A DNA stretch of 64,000 nt from Candidatus Oxydemutatoraceae bacterium (lineage in GTDB: Bacteria; Pseudomonadota; Gammaproteobacteria; Poriferisulfidales; Oxydemutatoraceae), in contig CBDCOZ010000003.1 in assembly GCA_965220085.1 (NCBI GenBank), positions 1,920,001 through 1,984,000 on the forward strand, written 5' to 3'. Below, piece after piece: positions 54,721 through 64,000 of this stretch. The notes beneath the pieces were generated by a model that was not told the DNA's origin, ran no database searches, and saw nothing but the letters and a program-made list of their open reading frames with translations. The translations under genes and the position numbers were made by a program. Position 1 is the first letter of the stretch, and every line of letters begins with the position of its first letter.

Positions 54721-56201
54721 TGCGACAGGAAATCGATGTGGCGCTTCAGGTCTTGCGGGGCGCCCAAACCGTGCATCGCGCTCGCCGGCACTTCGTACAC
54801 GCCGATGTGACAACCGGCGGCAATCGCATGGTTGTAAACCGGGCAGACATAGAACTCGTTGTTGGTTCTGTCTTCTTTGACGATCATATCCATCGCCGCG
54901 GCGAAGAAGTCGCCGGCGGACATGAACAAATAAATGCCGACCGTCGCGAGATCGGAGATGGGTTGCTTTTCCCGCACTTGGGTAACCAAACCGTTGTCGC
55001 TGACACGGGCAAACGACCACTTGGGGTCGCGCGCTTCGTCGCGAAACACAAGAATGGAACCGTCCAACTGCCGCTGTCGGCAATCGGCGACAAAAGCGTT
55101 TGCATCAAAGTCGACGATCTGGTCGCAGTTCGCCAACAACAATGGCGCGCGCCAATCTATTTTGCGATGCGCGCACAACGCGGTGCAAGCGGCCCCCTGC
55201 GTCAGACCCGTGATCGGGACGAAGGATGCTTTCCATTTTTGCTCCAGCATATCGACCATATCGGGGTATGCTTGCAGGTGTTCGCTCTGCGCGATCAGGA
55301 CGTTATGGCCGTCGGCGACCCGCAGATTATCCATCACCCGCTCGACCATCGTCATGCCTTTGACATCTATAAAAGGCTTGGGTTCCTTGTAACCGGCATC
55401 GACAAAACGGCTGCCCGCGCCCGCCATCGGAATCAACACCGTCACCGGCAAATTGCCGACGCTCTCCTCGCGCTTCTGACGGGAAAAACGGCGGTTATAC
55501 TCCTGCAACTTTTTCGGCGAATAAAAACTGTGGTAACAACTCGCCGGAATGCGATGGAAACCGACTTTCTTGCCGGCAATGATCAACTGGTTCAAAGAGG
55601 GCGCGATATAAAAAGACCCCTCGTGGGTGTCTTGCAGCATGATCATTTGCTTGCTGGCCGCGACGAAATCGCGCCCTTTGCGGAAATAATAAAACCCGGC
55701 GATGGCATCGCGGCTGATCACCCGCTTCTCCGCCGCTTCATTGACCGTCTCCGGCTCATCGCTGCGGATATAAGACCACCGCGGGTGCGTAGAGGAGAAT
55801 GTAATCACCCCCGCATCCAGTCGCCGGCTTTCAAAACCGGCGATGATAGCGAGCAAATCCGCGTCGATGATCTGGTCGCCGTTGACGATCAACAACGGCT
55901 CGTCGTTGTCTATGTGGTCGACCGCCATCATCACCGAGCACACCGCGCCCGCGGTCGGGTAACGCAACCCGACGATGATCGGGTCCTCCGCGCACGACAT
56001 TTTGATCGTCCGATCAAGGCTGAATTGTTCGCACTCCTCGTCGTTGACGATAAATATCCGGCGGCCCATAAGCGGCGCCAACCCTTTCAATACGGATTCG
56101 ATCATCGGCGTATCGGTCACCTCGATCAAGGGCTTGGGAAAATGAAACTCGGCGCGAGGAAACAACTCGCTGCCGCCGGCGATGGGGATGACGATATTCA
56201 T
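54717..56201 (-). CDS. Two-domain nucleotidyltransferase/GT-A fold protein
   Basis: MNIVIPIAG...PKPLI and VLIPMAGAGSRF...PKPFI; EKxxIS.xA..G.Y.F occurs twice. Confidence 0.82.
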   Translation of the reverse strand: MNIVIPIAGGSELFPRAEFHFPKPLIEVTDTPMIESVLKGLAPLMGRRIFIVNDEECEQFSLDRTIKMSCAEDPIIVGLRYPTAGAVCSVMMAVDHIDNDEPLLIVNGDQIIDADLLAIIAGFESRRLDAGVITFSSTHPRWSYIRSDEPETVNEAAEKRVISRDAIAGFYYFRKGRDFVAASKQMIMLQDTHEGSFYIAPSLNQLIIAGKKVGFHRIPASCYHSFYSPKKLQEYNRRFSRQKREESVGNLPVTVLIPMAGAGSRFVDAGYKEPKPFIDVKGMTMVERVMDNLRVADGHNVLIAQSEHLQAYPDMVDMLEQKWKASFVPITGLTQGAACTALCAHRKIDWRAPLLLANCDQIVDFDANAFVADCRQRQLDGSILVFRDEARDPKWSFARVSDNGLVTQVREKQPISDLATVGIYLFMSAGDFFAAAMDMIVKEDRTNNEFYVCPVYNHAIAAGCHIGVYEVPASAMHGLGAPQDLKRHIDFLSQ

Positions 56202-56842
56202 CGCGCCTCCTGCGAACGGTTTTGTAGCGCGTTGATGCGGGAGCAAATATGCGGGTAAATCACATCGCGCACCCCCGCGACCTCCATCACATGGGCGCCG
56301 CTGGCGCGGGCGGCGGCGAGACCGCGCTCATTGTCCTCGATGATCAGGCACGCATCGGGCTTGAAACCGAATCGCTTCATCGCCGTCAGATACATCTCCG
56401 GATCCGGTTTGGGCTTTTGCACATCCTCGTTGGAGAGATAAAAATCCGCATATTCCGTCAGGCCGGACAACTCCAGCATCCGCGTCATGGAATCGCGCAC
56501 CGAATTGGAACAGATCGCAATGCCATAGCCGTCCTGTTTGAGACGGGAAACGGCGTATTGAATGTGGAAGATCGGATAACATTTTGTCGCCACGATCTGT
56601 TGCGTATAACGTTGCTTCAAATCATTCAGAAACCCGTGCAAGGCGCGCGGCAAACCCCTGGTATCCGACAGCATCTCCAGTTTCTTGCGCGTCGGCAAAC
56701 CGTCAAACGTCACGAGGTGGTCATCGCGGCTAATCTCCATCCCGAACAACGCCAGCGCTCGATTGAGCGCTTCGTAATGCCACTCGCGCGCATCGACCAG
56801 AACGCCGTCCATGTCAAACAGCACGGCTTTTATTTCAGACAT
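56198..56842 (-). CDS. HAD-family phosphatase
   Basis: FDMDGVL, CSN, KPKPDPE and IEDN. Confidence 0.9.
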   Translation of the reverse strand: MSEIKAVLFDMDGVLVDAREWHYEALNRALALFGMEISRDDHLVTFDGLPTRKKLEMLSDTRGLPRALHGFLNDLKQRYTQQIVATKCYPIFHIQYAVSRLKQDGYGIAICSNSVRDSMTRMLELSGLTEYADFYLSNEDVQKPKPDPEMYLTAMKRFGFKPDACLIIEDNERGLAAARASGAHVMEVAGVRDVIYPHICSRINALQNRSQEAR

Positions 56843-57473
56843 CAAAAAACTCCTTCGCTTGTTGCGGAAAATCGGTGCACAAAAGTATCGCGGCATGTAT
56901 TTCTTCGCGCCATAGTTTCCAATTATCCCATACCCGCCGATGTTCGCGACCGTGCAACTCCGGCGAGACCAAAGCCACGCGCTTGCCGGCTTGCGCATGC
57001 GCGCGCAATGCGTCCGGCGTCGCCCAATCCGCGCACAAGGCATCCAGCCAAACTCCCGCCGCCGCGGCGTAAAAGGCGGGAGTCGGTTCGCAGTCGCTGT
57101 GACGGGTATAGACGGGCAGACCCGCATCCAAGTAATGACGCATATCGGGGACCGACATGTCAAAAAGGAAATAGGCGGCGGGGTCGATTCCCGCCATCGC
57201 TTGCGCCACCCGTTCGCACAAGCCGTCGGCTTTGACGTTGAGCGCCAACATTCCCGCTTGCCCGCGCTCTTTCCATAACGCCACGACATCGGCGAAGGGC
57301 AGCGCGGGGCCGACCGGCGCATCGTGGCTCACGACCAGACCGCCGCCGGCATCGCGGATATCGGTTTCAACGCCGACCCCGGCGGCAAACCCGCGCGCAA
57401 AAGCGCCGAGGGTGTTTTGCTCCGCCGCATCGTTCCACCACCCGCGGTGGCTTAGAATCTGAAAATCTTTCAT
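56835..57473 (-). CDS. Glycerophosphodiester phosphodiesterase-like protein
   Basis: SHRG, QNT, ETDIR, SHD, LNVK, VSPELHGR and CTD. Confidence 0.8.
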   Translation of the reverse strand: MKDFQILSHRGWWNDAAEQNTLGAFARGFAAGVGVETDIRDAGGGLVVSHDAPVGPALPFADVVALWKERGQAGMLALNVKADGLCERVAQAMAGIDPAAYFLFDMSVPDMRHYLDAGLPVYTRHSDCEPTPAFYAAAAGVWLDALCADWATPDALRAHAQAGKRVALVSPELHGREHRRVWDNWKLWREEIHAAILLCTDFPQQAKEFFDV

Positions 57474-57493
57474 CGTCTGTCGGCTCTCTCTTT

Positions 57494-57961
57494 TTACAGT
57501 TTGTTAAGGAGTCTCTTTTTTTCCCGCTGCCAGTCGCGCTTGCGCGCATCGGCGCGCTTGTCGTACGCGTGTTTGCCCTTGCCGATGCCAAGCTCCAACT
57601 TGGCGATATGGCGTTTCCAATAGAGCTTGATCGGCACCAGAGCATAACCTTTTCGCTCGAGCAGGCCGGTAAGCTTTGCGATCTCACGGCGGGTCAATAA
57701 CAATTTGCGGGTGCGCGTCGGATCAACTTCGCGCGAAGAGGAGCACCCCGGCGGCGGGGTGATGTGGGAGCCGATCAGCCACGCTTCGTTGTCCTTGATC
57801 AGCGCATAACTCTCTTTGATATGCGCCCGATGATTGCGCAGCCCCTTGACTTCCCAGCCGCACAAAGCGAGGCCGGCTTCCAGTCGCTGCTCGATATAGT
57901 AATCGTGTGTCGCCCGCGCATTGCGGGCAATCAAACTGCCTGCGGTTTTATTATCTTTCAT
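57494..57961 (-). CDS. smpB: SsrA-binding protein
   Basis: EAGLAL.GWEVK, RTRKLLL and GKGK..YDKR. Confidence 0.96.
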   Translation of the reverse strand: MKDNKTAGSLIARNARATHDYYIEQRLEAGLALCGWEVKGLRNHRAHIKESYALIKDNEAWLIGSHITPPPGCSSSREVDPTRTRKLLLTRREIAKLTGLLERKGYALVPIKLYWKRHIAKLELGIGKGKHAYDKRADARKRDWQREKKRLLNKL

Positions 57962-58035
57962 TATCCTGATATTATAGAAGCATTACAGCGCACCCAAGAA
58001 CAAATACCGAATTAAAAACAAACACGGACAACATT

Positions 58036-59412
58036 ATGCTTGGAAACAATCAACAAGTGGCATATGGCAGAGGACAGTGGTCGTCGCGCCTCACTTTTAT
58101 TCTGGCGGCGACCGGCTCGGCCGTCGGTCTCGGCAACATCTGGAAATTCCCGTATACGGCCGCCGAGAACGGCGGCAGTTCTTTCATACTGATTTACCTG
58201 GCTTGTATCTTTCTAATCGGGTTGCCGGTCTTGTGTTGCGAGGTGTTGCTCGGACGCCACGGCAAGCGCAACACGGTCAGCATATTCCGCCGCTTCCGCC
58301 GCGACTACGCGACGCCGCTCGGATGGAGCGTCATCGGCTGGCTCGGCATCGCCAGCGGCATCATCATTTTGTCTTTCTACAGCGTCATCGCCGGCTGGGT
58401 CGCGGCGTATATATTTAAATCCGCCGCCGGCGCGTTTGACAACATGACCGCGGAAGCCATCGGCAATATCTTCGGGGCGTTGCTGGAGAACCCCGAGCAA
58501 CTGCTTCTATGGCATACCGCCTTCATGGTTTTGACCGCGACAACGCTGGCTCACGGCGTGCGCGACGGCATAGAGCGGGTTGTCCGATACTTCATGCCGT
58601 TGCTGCTCGTCCTCTTAATCGGGCTGGTCACATACAACGCTTTCACCTGGGACATGCAAAGCACCCTCGCATTCATGTTCTCCTTTGAGCCCGACAAAAT
58701 CACGGCGGGAGTCATTCTGCGCGCGCTCGGCATGGCGTTCTTTTCGCTGAGCCTCGGCATGGGAGCGATGATGATATACGGCTCGTACCTGCCGGGCAGC
58801 AAACCGATTCTCGGCACCGCATCGGCCATTGTCGTCGCCGATGTCACGGTGGCCTTGCTCGCGGGGTTTGCGATATTCCCGCTGCTATTTGCCTTTGATC
58901 TGAACCCGACCGAAGGCGGCGCCGGACTGATTTTCCAAACCCTGCCGCTGGCGATAGGGCAAATGCCGGGCGGGCATGTATTCGGTTTCCTGTTCTTCTT
59001 CCTGCTGTTGGTCGCGGCCTGGACTTCCGCCCTGTCCCTGCTGGAACCGTTTGTCGCCTGGTGCGTGGAACACCGCGGCTGGAACCGCTCTGCCGCCGCC
59101 ATCGCGACCAGCGCGGCGGTATGGTCGCTCGGACTCCTGACCGTGCTCTCTTTTAACGAATGGGAAGAGGTCACGCTGTTTGACAAAACCATGTTTGGCC
59201 TGCTGGACTATGTGAGCAGCAACATCATGCTGCCGGTCGGCGGGTTTTTGATCGTGCTGTTCGCCGGCTGGGTATTGCCGGCTTCCGTCTTGCGCGATGA
59301 AATCGGATTGCGCAACAAGACGTGGCAGAAAATCTGGCAATTCATAGTGCGCTATCTGTGTCCGGTCGCTATCGTCATCATACTTGTCAATCTGTTGCGA
59401 ACGGCGGGCTGA
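58036..59412 (+). CDS. Sodium-dependent transporter (NSS family)
   Basis: WSSRLTFILAATGSAVGLGNIWKFPY and AFFSLSLG. Confidence 0.93.
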   Translation: MLGNNQQVAYGRGQWSSRLTFILAATGSAVGLGNIWKFPYTAAENGGSSFILIYLACIFLIGLPVLCCEVLLGRHGKRNTVSIFRRFRRDYATPLGWSVIGWLGIASGIIILSFYSVIAGWVAAYIFKSAAGAFDNMTAEAIGNIFGALLENPEQLLLWHTAFMVLTATTLAHGVRDGIERVVRYFMPLLLVLLIGLVTYNAFTWDMQSTLAFMFSFEPDKITAGVILRALGMAFFSLSLGMGAMMIYGSYLPGSKPILGTASAIVVADVTVALLAGFAIFPLLFAFDLNPTEGGAGLIFQTLPLAIGQMPGGHVFGFLFFFLLLVAAWTSALSLLEPFVAWCVEHRGWNRSAAAIATSAAVWSLGLLTVLSFNEWEEVTLFDKTMFGLLDYVSSNIMLPVGGFLIVLFAGWVLPASVLRDEIGLRNKTWQKIWQFIVRYLCPVAIVIILVNLLRTAG

Positions 59413-59416
59413 TGCA

Positions 59417-59848
59417 ATGCCCCGGGTATTACGCCGCGCCATCGTTCCCTGCGCGCCGGAGCAAATATACCGGCTGGTCGGCGATGTCAATTCTTACCAC
59501 GAGTTCCTGCCGTGGTGCCGCGGCGCCGTGACCGAAACGATAGACGAGCATACGGTCGTCGCCAGACTCGACATCCGTCAAAACGACATCGCCCTCTCGT
59601 TCTCAACGACCAACCGCAACACGCCCTGCGAATCCATACGCATGGAGCTCAACGAAGGGCCGTTCAAGAAACTGCGCGGCCTGTGGACGTTTGAGCCGCT
59701 CGGCAGCGGCGGTTGCGACGTCCGTTTCACGCTCGACTTTGAGGTATCCGGCGCGCTGCATCAGTTCGCCGCCGAAAAGCTGCTGGGCAAGCTGTCTTCC
59801 GCTTTGACCGACGCCTTTGCCAAACGCGCGCGGCAGTTATACGGATGA
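59417..59848 (+). CDS. ratA: RatA/Coq10 START-domain protein
   Basis: LVGDV.SY.EFLPWC, EGPFKKL.G.W.F and AF..RA..LYG. Confidence 0.9.
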   Translation: MPRVLRRAIVPCAPEQIYRLVGDVNSYHEFLPWCRGAVTETIDEHTVVARLDIRQNDIALSFSTTNRNTPCESIRMELNEGPFKKLRGLWTFEPLGSGGCDVRFTLDFEVSGALHQFAAEKLLGKLSSALTDAFAKRARQLYG

Positions 59849-60123
59849 ACACCGTCGAAGTCATCTACGCCCAAGCGGATGCGCAGAAAAAAGTCACCCT
59901 GCGGCTTGAAGACGGCGCCACCGCCGAGGATGCCATCAAACGCTCCGGGCTGCTGACGCTGTTTCCGCAGATAGACTTGCGCCGCAATCAAGTCGGCATT
60001 TACGGACGGCCGGTCGCGCTGAACAAAGTCGTCCGCGCCGGCGACCGGGTGGAAATTTACCGCAGTCTGCACAAATCGCCCGTCGAACAGCGCCGCGAAC
60101 GGGCGCGGAGCAGCGGGGCGTAA
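59845..60123 (+). CDS. rnfH: RnfH/RatB ubiquitin-like protein
   Basis: VEVIYA, SGLL..FP and GDRVEIYR.L. Confidence 0.9.
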   Translation: MNTVEVIYAQADAQKKVTLRLEDGATAEDAIKRSGLLTLFPQIDLRRNQVGIYGRPVALNKVVRAGDRVEIYRSLHKSPVEQRRERARSSGA

Positions 60124-60461
60124 GCGCCGGGCCGGCTCATAGCAACTCTCTGCCGGCATTCGCCAGCATCCGTCGCAACGCAATCAAAGGCAAACCGATC
60201 AAGGCGCTGGGGTCGGCGCTCTCAATGCAAGAACACAATGCGATGCCGAGACTCTCGGAACGAAAGCTGCCGGCGCACTCCCACGGCGCGTAAGCGCGGG
60301 GCCGGCTCATAGCAACTCTCTGCCGGCATTCGCCAGCATCCGGCGCAACTCGATCAAAGGCAAACCGATCAAAGCGCTGGGGTCGGCGCTCTCAATGCAA
60401 GAACACAATGCGATGCCGAGACTCTCGGAACGAAAGCTGCCGGCGCACTCCCACGGCGCGT
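60118..60461. repeat. 170-bp tandem duplication of the maf 3' end at the convergent rnfH/maf junction
   Basis: taagcg..gggccggctcatagcaac at 60121 and 60291. Confidence 0.9.
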
Positions 60462-60918
60462 CGCGATGCAGATACGCCTTCGCCTCTCCCGCGGAGAAGG
60501 AACGGAAGACGACGCGGGTCGGCACATTGACGAACTGCTCGGCGCCGTCGCGCGCGTCCAGAACGCACAGACCGGCATGAAAGATGACTTCGCGCCCGGC
60601 GCACATCATCAGTTGTTCGCAGGCGCGCTCAAAACCTCCGGGCTTGCCGAAGATGCGATCGCCCAAAGCCGCCACCTGATCGGAGCCGATAATCAGCGCG
60701 TCGGGGAACGCGCTCATCGCCGCCCGCGCTTTTTGTCGCGACAAGCGATCGACCAGTTGCGCCGCTTTCTCGTCCGCTTGCGGGGTCTCGTCAATGTCGG
60801 GCGAGCGGGTCAGAAAATCGTCGGTCAGGCGCGACAACAGCATCCGGCGGCTGCGGGAACTGGATGCCAATACCAATGGCGGATGAGACTTTGACCGTTT
60901 CTGATTCAATTTATACAA
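60307..60918 (-). CDS. maf: Maf-family nucleotide pyrophosphatase (YceF-like)
   Basis: [26 protein letters not shown] and LIGLPL. Confidence 0.92.
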   Translation of the reverse strand: MYKLNQKRSKSHPPLVLASSSRSRRMLLSRLTDDFLTRSPDIDETPQADEKAAQLVDRLSRQKARAAMSAFPDALIIGSDQVAALGDRIFGKPGGFERACEQLMMCAGREVIFHAGLCVLDARDGAEQFVNVPTRVVFRSFSAGEAKAYLHRDAPWECAGSFRSESLGIALCSCIESADPSALIGLPLIELRRMLANAGRELL

Positions 60919-60926
60919 TAGCCGTC

Positions 60927-61433
60927 ATGATGAACGACAAACTTCCTTCGCGGGTGCGCCCGGCGCATCTGATACAAAGCCGGACACGCATCGCCGCTTA
61001 TGTATTCTGCCATGAATTGCCTAGACTTGCCGATTTATGTCTGTCCGCCGATGCCAAAATCCGGGTGGCGTTGGAATTTGCAACCGAGCCGGGGAGCAAG
61101 CGCCCGCTGGTGACCGTGGAAACCCAAGCGACTTTGGCGTTGAAATGCCAGCGTTGTCTGGCCCCGATGGAGCACGAACTCTCGCAGCGCAGCCGCCTGA
61201 TTATCGCGGAAAATGAGGCGGAGGCGGAAACCATCCCCTTTGCGCGCGATATCGTTATCTGCCGCGAGGGGCATATCGACCTCAAAAAGTTGGCAGAAGA
61301 TGAGATTCTGCTGGCCCTGCCGGATATACTGGCGCACAAAAATATGGAACAATGTGACCGACAGATGGCACAATATGCGCAGGCGGAAGCAAAACAACGC
61401 AAAAATCCGTTTTCGGCTCTAAAGAATTTATAA
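60927..61433 (+). CDS. yceD: YceD/DUF177 protein
   Basis: CQRCL, EDEILLALP and NPFSALK. Confidence 0.9.
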   Translation: MMNDKLPSRVRPAHLIQSRTRIAAYVFCHELPRLADLCLSADAKIRVALEFATEPGSKRPLVTVETQATLALKCQRCLAPMEHELSQRSRLIIAENEAEAETIPFARDIVICREGHIDLKKLAEDEILLALPDILAHKNMEQCDRQMAQYAQAEAKQRKNPFSALKNL

Positions 61434-61456
61434 TACTTGACTAACAGGAGAAACCA

Positions 61457-61663
61457 ATGGCTGTTCAAAAGAATCGCAAAACAAGGTCCAAACGCAATAT
61501 GCGCCGTTCGCACGACGCGCTCGCGCCGCCGACGCTGTCCGAAGACCCGATTACCGGGACCAAACACAGACGGCATCACATCAGCGAAGACGGGTTTTAT
61601 CGCGGACAAGAAGTCATCGCGCAACCCGTTATTGACGACGACGAAGAAAATCAAGAAGCGTAA
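61457..61663 (+). CDS. rpmF: 50S ribosomal protein L32
   Basis: [19 protein letters not shown]. Confidence 0.96.
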   Translation: MAVQKNRKTRSKRNMRRSHDALAPPTLSEDPITGTKHRRHHISEDGFYRGQEVIAQPVIDDDEENQEA

Positions 61664-61693
61664 GGCGGAGCCCGATATCACAAGGGTCTTTAA

Positions 61694-62713
61694 ATGGGTG
61701 CCACAGTAAGCGTTGCAATCGACGCGATGAGCGGGGACAGAGGGCTTGAGGTAACCATTCCCGCCGCGCTGGACACGCTGAAGCAGTTTGACGATGTGCG
61801 ACTCATACTGGTCGGCGATGAGAACCGCATCGCCGCCGGCCTCTCGCAGATTGGCGCGGCGCGCGGCGACCGCCTGCAAACCGTCGCCAGCACGGAAGTC
61901 GTCGCGATGGACGAACACCCGGCGACCGCATTGCGCGCCAAGAAAGACTCCTCCATGCGCGTGGCGATCGATCTGGTCAAAGAAGGCCGCGCGCAGGCGT
62001 GCATCAGCGCCGGCAATACGGGCGCGTTGCTCGCCATCTCCCGCTACTTGTTGCACACCCTCGCCGGCATAGACCGTCCCGCCATCGCCGCCACCCTGCC
62101 GAAGCGATCGGGACAGACGCACATCATGGACCTCGGCGCGAACATAGATTGCAAAGCCGAACACCTGTTTCAATTTGCCGTCATGGGGTCGGTGTTAGCC
62201 GGCGTCGTAGACAACATTGCCAATCCGCGCATCGGGCTATTGAACATAGGCAGCGAGGCAATCAAAGGCAACGACCAAATCAAAGAAGCGAGCAACCAAC
62301 TGCAAGACAGCTCGTTAAACTATGTCGGCTATGTCGAAGGCAGCGATCTGCTCAACGATGTCGCCGATGTCATCATCACCGACGGGTTTGCCGGCAATGT
62401 CGCGCTCAAGACCATGGAAGGCACGGCGAATTTTCTGGCGACCGCATTGAAGGAAAATTTCAAGCGCAACATCCTGACGCGCGCAGCGGCCATCACCGCC
62501 CTGCCGGTATTGAAAACAGTCGCCCGCATCACCGACCCGCGCCGCTACAACGGCGCGAGTTTGCTCGGTTTGCAAGGCGTGGTGATCAAGAGTCACGGCA
62601 ATGCGGATAAAATGGCGTTTAAGAATGCGATTGAAATTGCGCGCATAGAAGCGATCAAACAAGTGCCGCAACAGATAGACCATCAACTGGAGTCCACATT
62701 AATCGGCAAGTAA
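61694..62713 (+). CDS. plsX: Phosphate acyltransferase
   Basis: IDAMSGD, SAGNTGA, DLGAN, DGFAGN and KSHG. Confidence 0.96.
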   Translation: MGATVSVAIDAMSGDRGLEVTIPAALDTLKQFDDVRLILVGDENRIAAGLSQIGAARGDRLQTVASTEVVAMDEHPATALRAKKDSSMRVAIDLVKEGRAQACISAGNTGALLAISRYLLHTLAGIDRPAIAATLPKRSGQTHIMDLGANIDCKAEHLFQFAVMGSVLAGVVDNIANPRIGLLNIGSEAIKGNDQIKEASNQLQDSSLNYVGYVEGSDLLNDVADVIITDGFAGNVALKTMEGTANFLATALKENFKRNILTRAAAITALPVLKTVARITDPRRYNGASLLGLQGVVIKSHGNADKMAFKNAIEIARIEAIKQVPQQIDHQLESTLIGK

Positions 62714-62715
62714 TT

Positions 62716-63645
62716 ATGGAAATATATTCGCGCATCGCCGGCACCGGCTCCTGTCTTCCAAAACGCATCATGACCAATGCCGAGCTCGAGCAACGGGTGC
62801 AAACAAGCGACCAATGGATACGCGAGCGCACCGGCATTGAGCAGCGCCACATCGCCGGCGACGACGAGACGACCTGCGCCCTCGCCTGCCTTGCCGCCGA
62901 ACGGGCGATGGAGGCGGCGCACGCGCAAGCCGAAGACATAGACCTGATCATTCTTGCGACGACGACTCCGGACAAAGTGTTTCCGAGCACCGCCTGCCTG
63001 TTGCAAAAGCGCATGGGGCTCGGCGAATGTCCGGCGTTTGACATACAGGCGGTCTGCACCGGATTCGTATACGCGCTGGACATCGGCAACCGCTTCATCA
63101 AAACCGGCGGCGCGCAATGCGCGCTGATCATCGGCGCCGAAGTCATGTCGCGTATTCTTGATTGGAACGACCGCTCGACATGCGTGTTGTTTGGCGACGG
63201 CGCCGGCGCTGTCGTGCTGCAAGCAAGCGATGAGCCGGGCATCTGCTCAACCCACCTGCACGCCGACGGGCGCTATGAGGAACTGCTTCGCGCGGATGAC
63301 AAAGTGGAAATGAAAGGCAGCGAGGTGTTTAAGATCGCCGTCAGAACGCTGGGGCAGATCGTCGATGAAACGCTGCAAGAAAACAACCTCACCGCCGGGG
63401 ACATCGATTGGCTGGTGCCGCATCAGGCAAACTCCCGCATCCTGGCGGCGACCGCAAAAAAACTGGACATGTCTCTTGACCAAGTCATCATGAGCGTCGA
63501 CAAGCACGGCAACACATCGGCGGCTTCCATTCCCCTGGCTCTGGACGGGGCGGTGCGCGACGGTCGCATCCGACGCGGGCACAAGCTGTTGCTGGAAGCG
63601 TTCGGCGGCGGTTTCACGTGGGGCTCGGCGTTGTTGCGCTTCTGA
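62716..63645 (+). CDS. fabH: Beta-ketoacyl-ACP synthase III
   Basis: AVCTGF, FGDGAGA, PHQAN and GNTSAAS. Confidence 0.96.
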   Translation: MEIYSRIAGTGSCLPKRIMTNAELEQRVQTSDQWIRERTGIEQRHIAGDDETTCALACLAAERAMEAAHAQAEDIDLIILATTTPDKVFPSTACLLQKRMGLGECPAFDIQAVCTGFVYALDIGNRFIKTGGAQCALIIGAEVMSRILDWNDRSTCVLFGDGAGAVVLQASDEPGICSTHLHADGRYEELLRADDKVEMKGSEVFKIAVRTLGQIVDETLQENNLTAGDIDWLVPHQANSRILAATAKKLDMSLDQVIMSVDKHGNTSAASIPLALDGAVRDGRIRRGHKLLLEAFGGGFTWGSALLRF

Positions 63646-63703
63646 CCCGCGCCGGGCGAACGCGTCGCGACAGCCCGCGGACGTCGGGCATAATATACAG
63701 ACT

Positions 63704-64000
63704 ATGCTTGCGACGACGGACACACAGCGGACATTAAAGGAACGTGTCAAAACACTGGGACACGACCCGGGCGTGTACCGGATGCTGGATCGGCAAGGCA
63801 CGATCATTTATGTCGGCAAGGCGCGCAATCTGAAAAAACGCGTCGGTTCGTACTTTAGCAAGAGCAAACTGAGTCCGAAGACGAAAGCGCTGATGGCGCA
63901 AACCCACGACATCGACTGCGTGATCACGCAGTCCGAAGTGGAAGCCTTGTTGCTTGAGAACAACCTGATAAAAAAGCACCGGCCGCGCTACAACGTATTC
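63704..64000 (+). CDS. uvrC: Excinuclease ABC subunit C, runs off the window
   Basis: PGVYRM...[15 protein letters not shown]...[16 protein letters not shown] (GIY-YIG). Confidence 0.95.
   Translation, partial: MLATTDTQRTLKERVKTLGHDPGVYRMLDRQGTIIYVGKARNLKKRVGSYFSKSKLSPKTKALMAQTHDIDCVITQSEVEALLLENNLIKKHRPRYNVF

Noticed and set aside
54675-56258. Long antisense ORFs (also 39903-41252, 50204-51586, 60998-62173, 26529-27710)
   Set aside because: Shadow frames of well-supported genes in GC-rich DNA, with no motifs.
57400-58030. tmRNA (ssrA) or tRNA near smpB
   Set aside because: No intergenic room or recognisable tRNA-like ends. I recognised no tRNA or rRNA anywhere in the window.

Overview
Gammaproteobacterial chromosome segment. 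The secreted Ig-like, Cys-rich and ankyrin-type proteins hint at a host-associated lifestyle (inference). (1) 1-17.7 kb is a rearranged, mostly AT-richer defence island next to the amtB 3' end. It holds a retron-type reverse transcriptase with a structured leader that hides an unannotated 49-aa hydrophobic ORF, running directly into a Type III R-M res-mod pair. It also holds a GC-rich two-MTase + PLD nuclease R-M system, an IS481-disrupted HATPase/STAS module, a solitary MTase and several duplicated or chimeric fragments. (2) The housekeeping backbone is amtB, glnK, dcd, apbC, metG, rnfA-B(C)-D-G-E, nth, Ala symporter, psd, aroC, trxB, ftsK, lolA, smpB, ratAB, maf, yceD, rpmF, plsX, fabH and uvrC. 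(3) Seven ORFs plus one orphan fragment, with several unrelated protein bodies, all end in the same C-terminal RLR(L/I)FLEGPLR-stop motif, and four have C18-C22 tracts in their leaders. (4) Tandem duplications of gene junctions and short-unit tandem arrays are unusually frequent. All calls come from reading motifs by eye; no searches were run.
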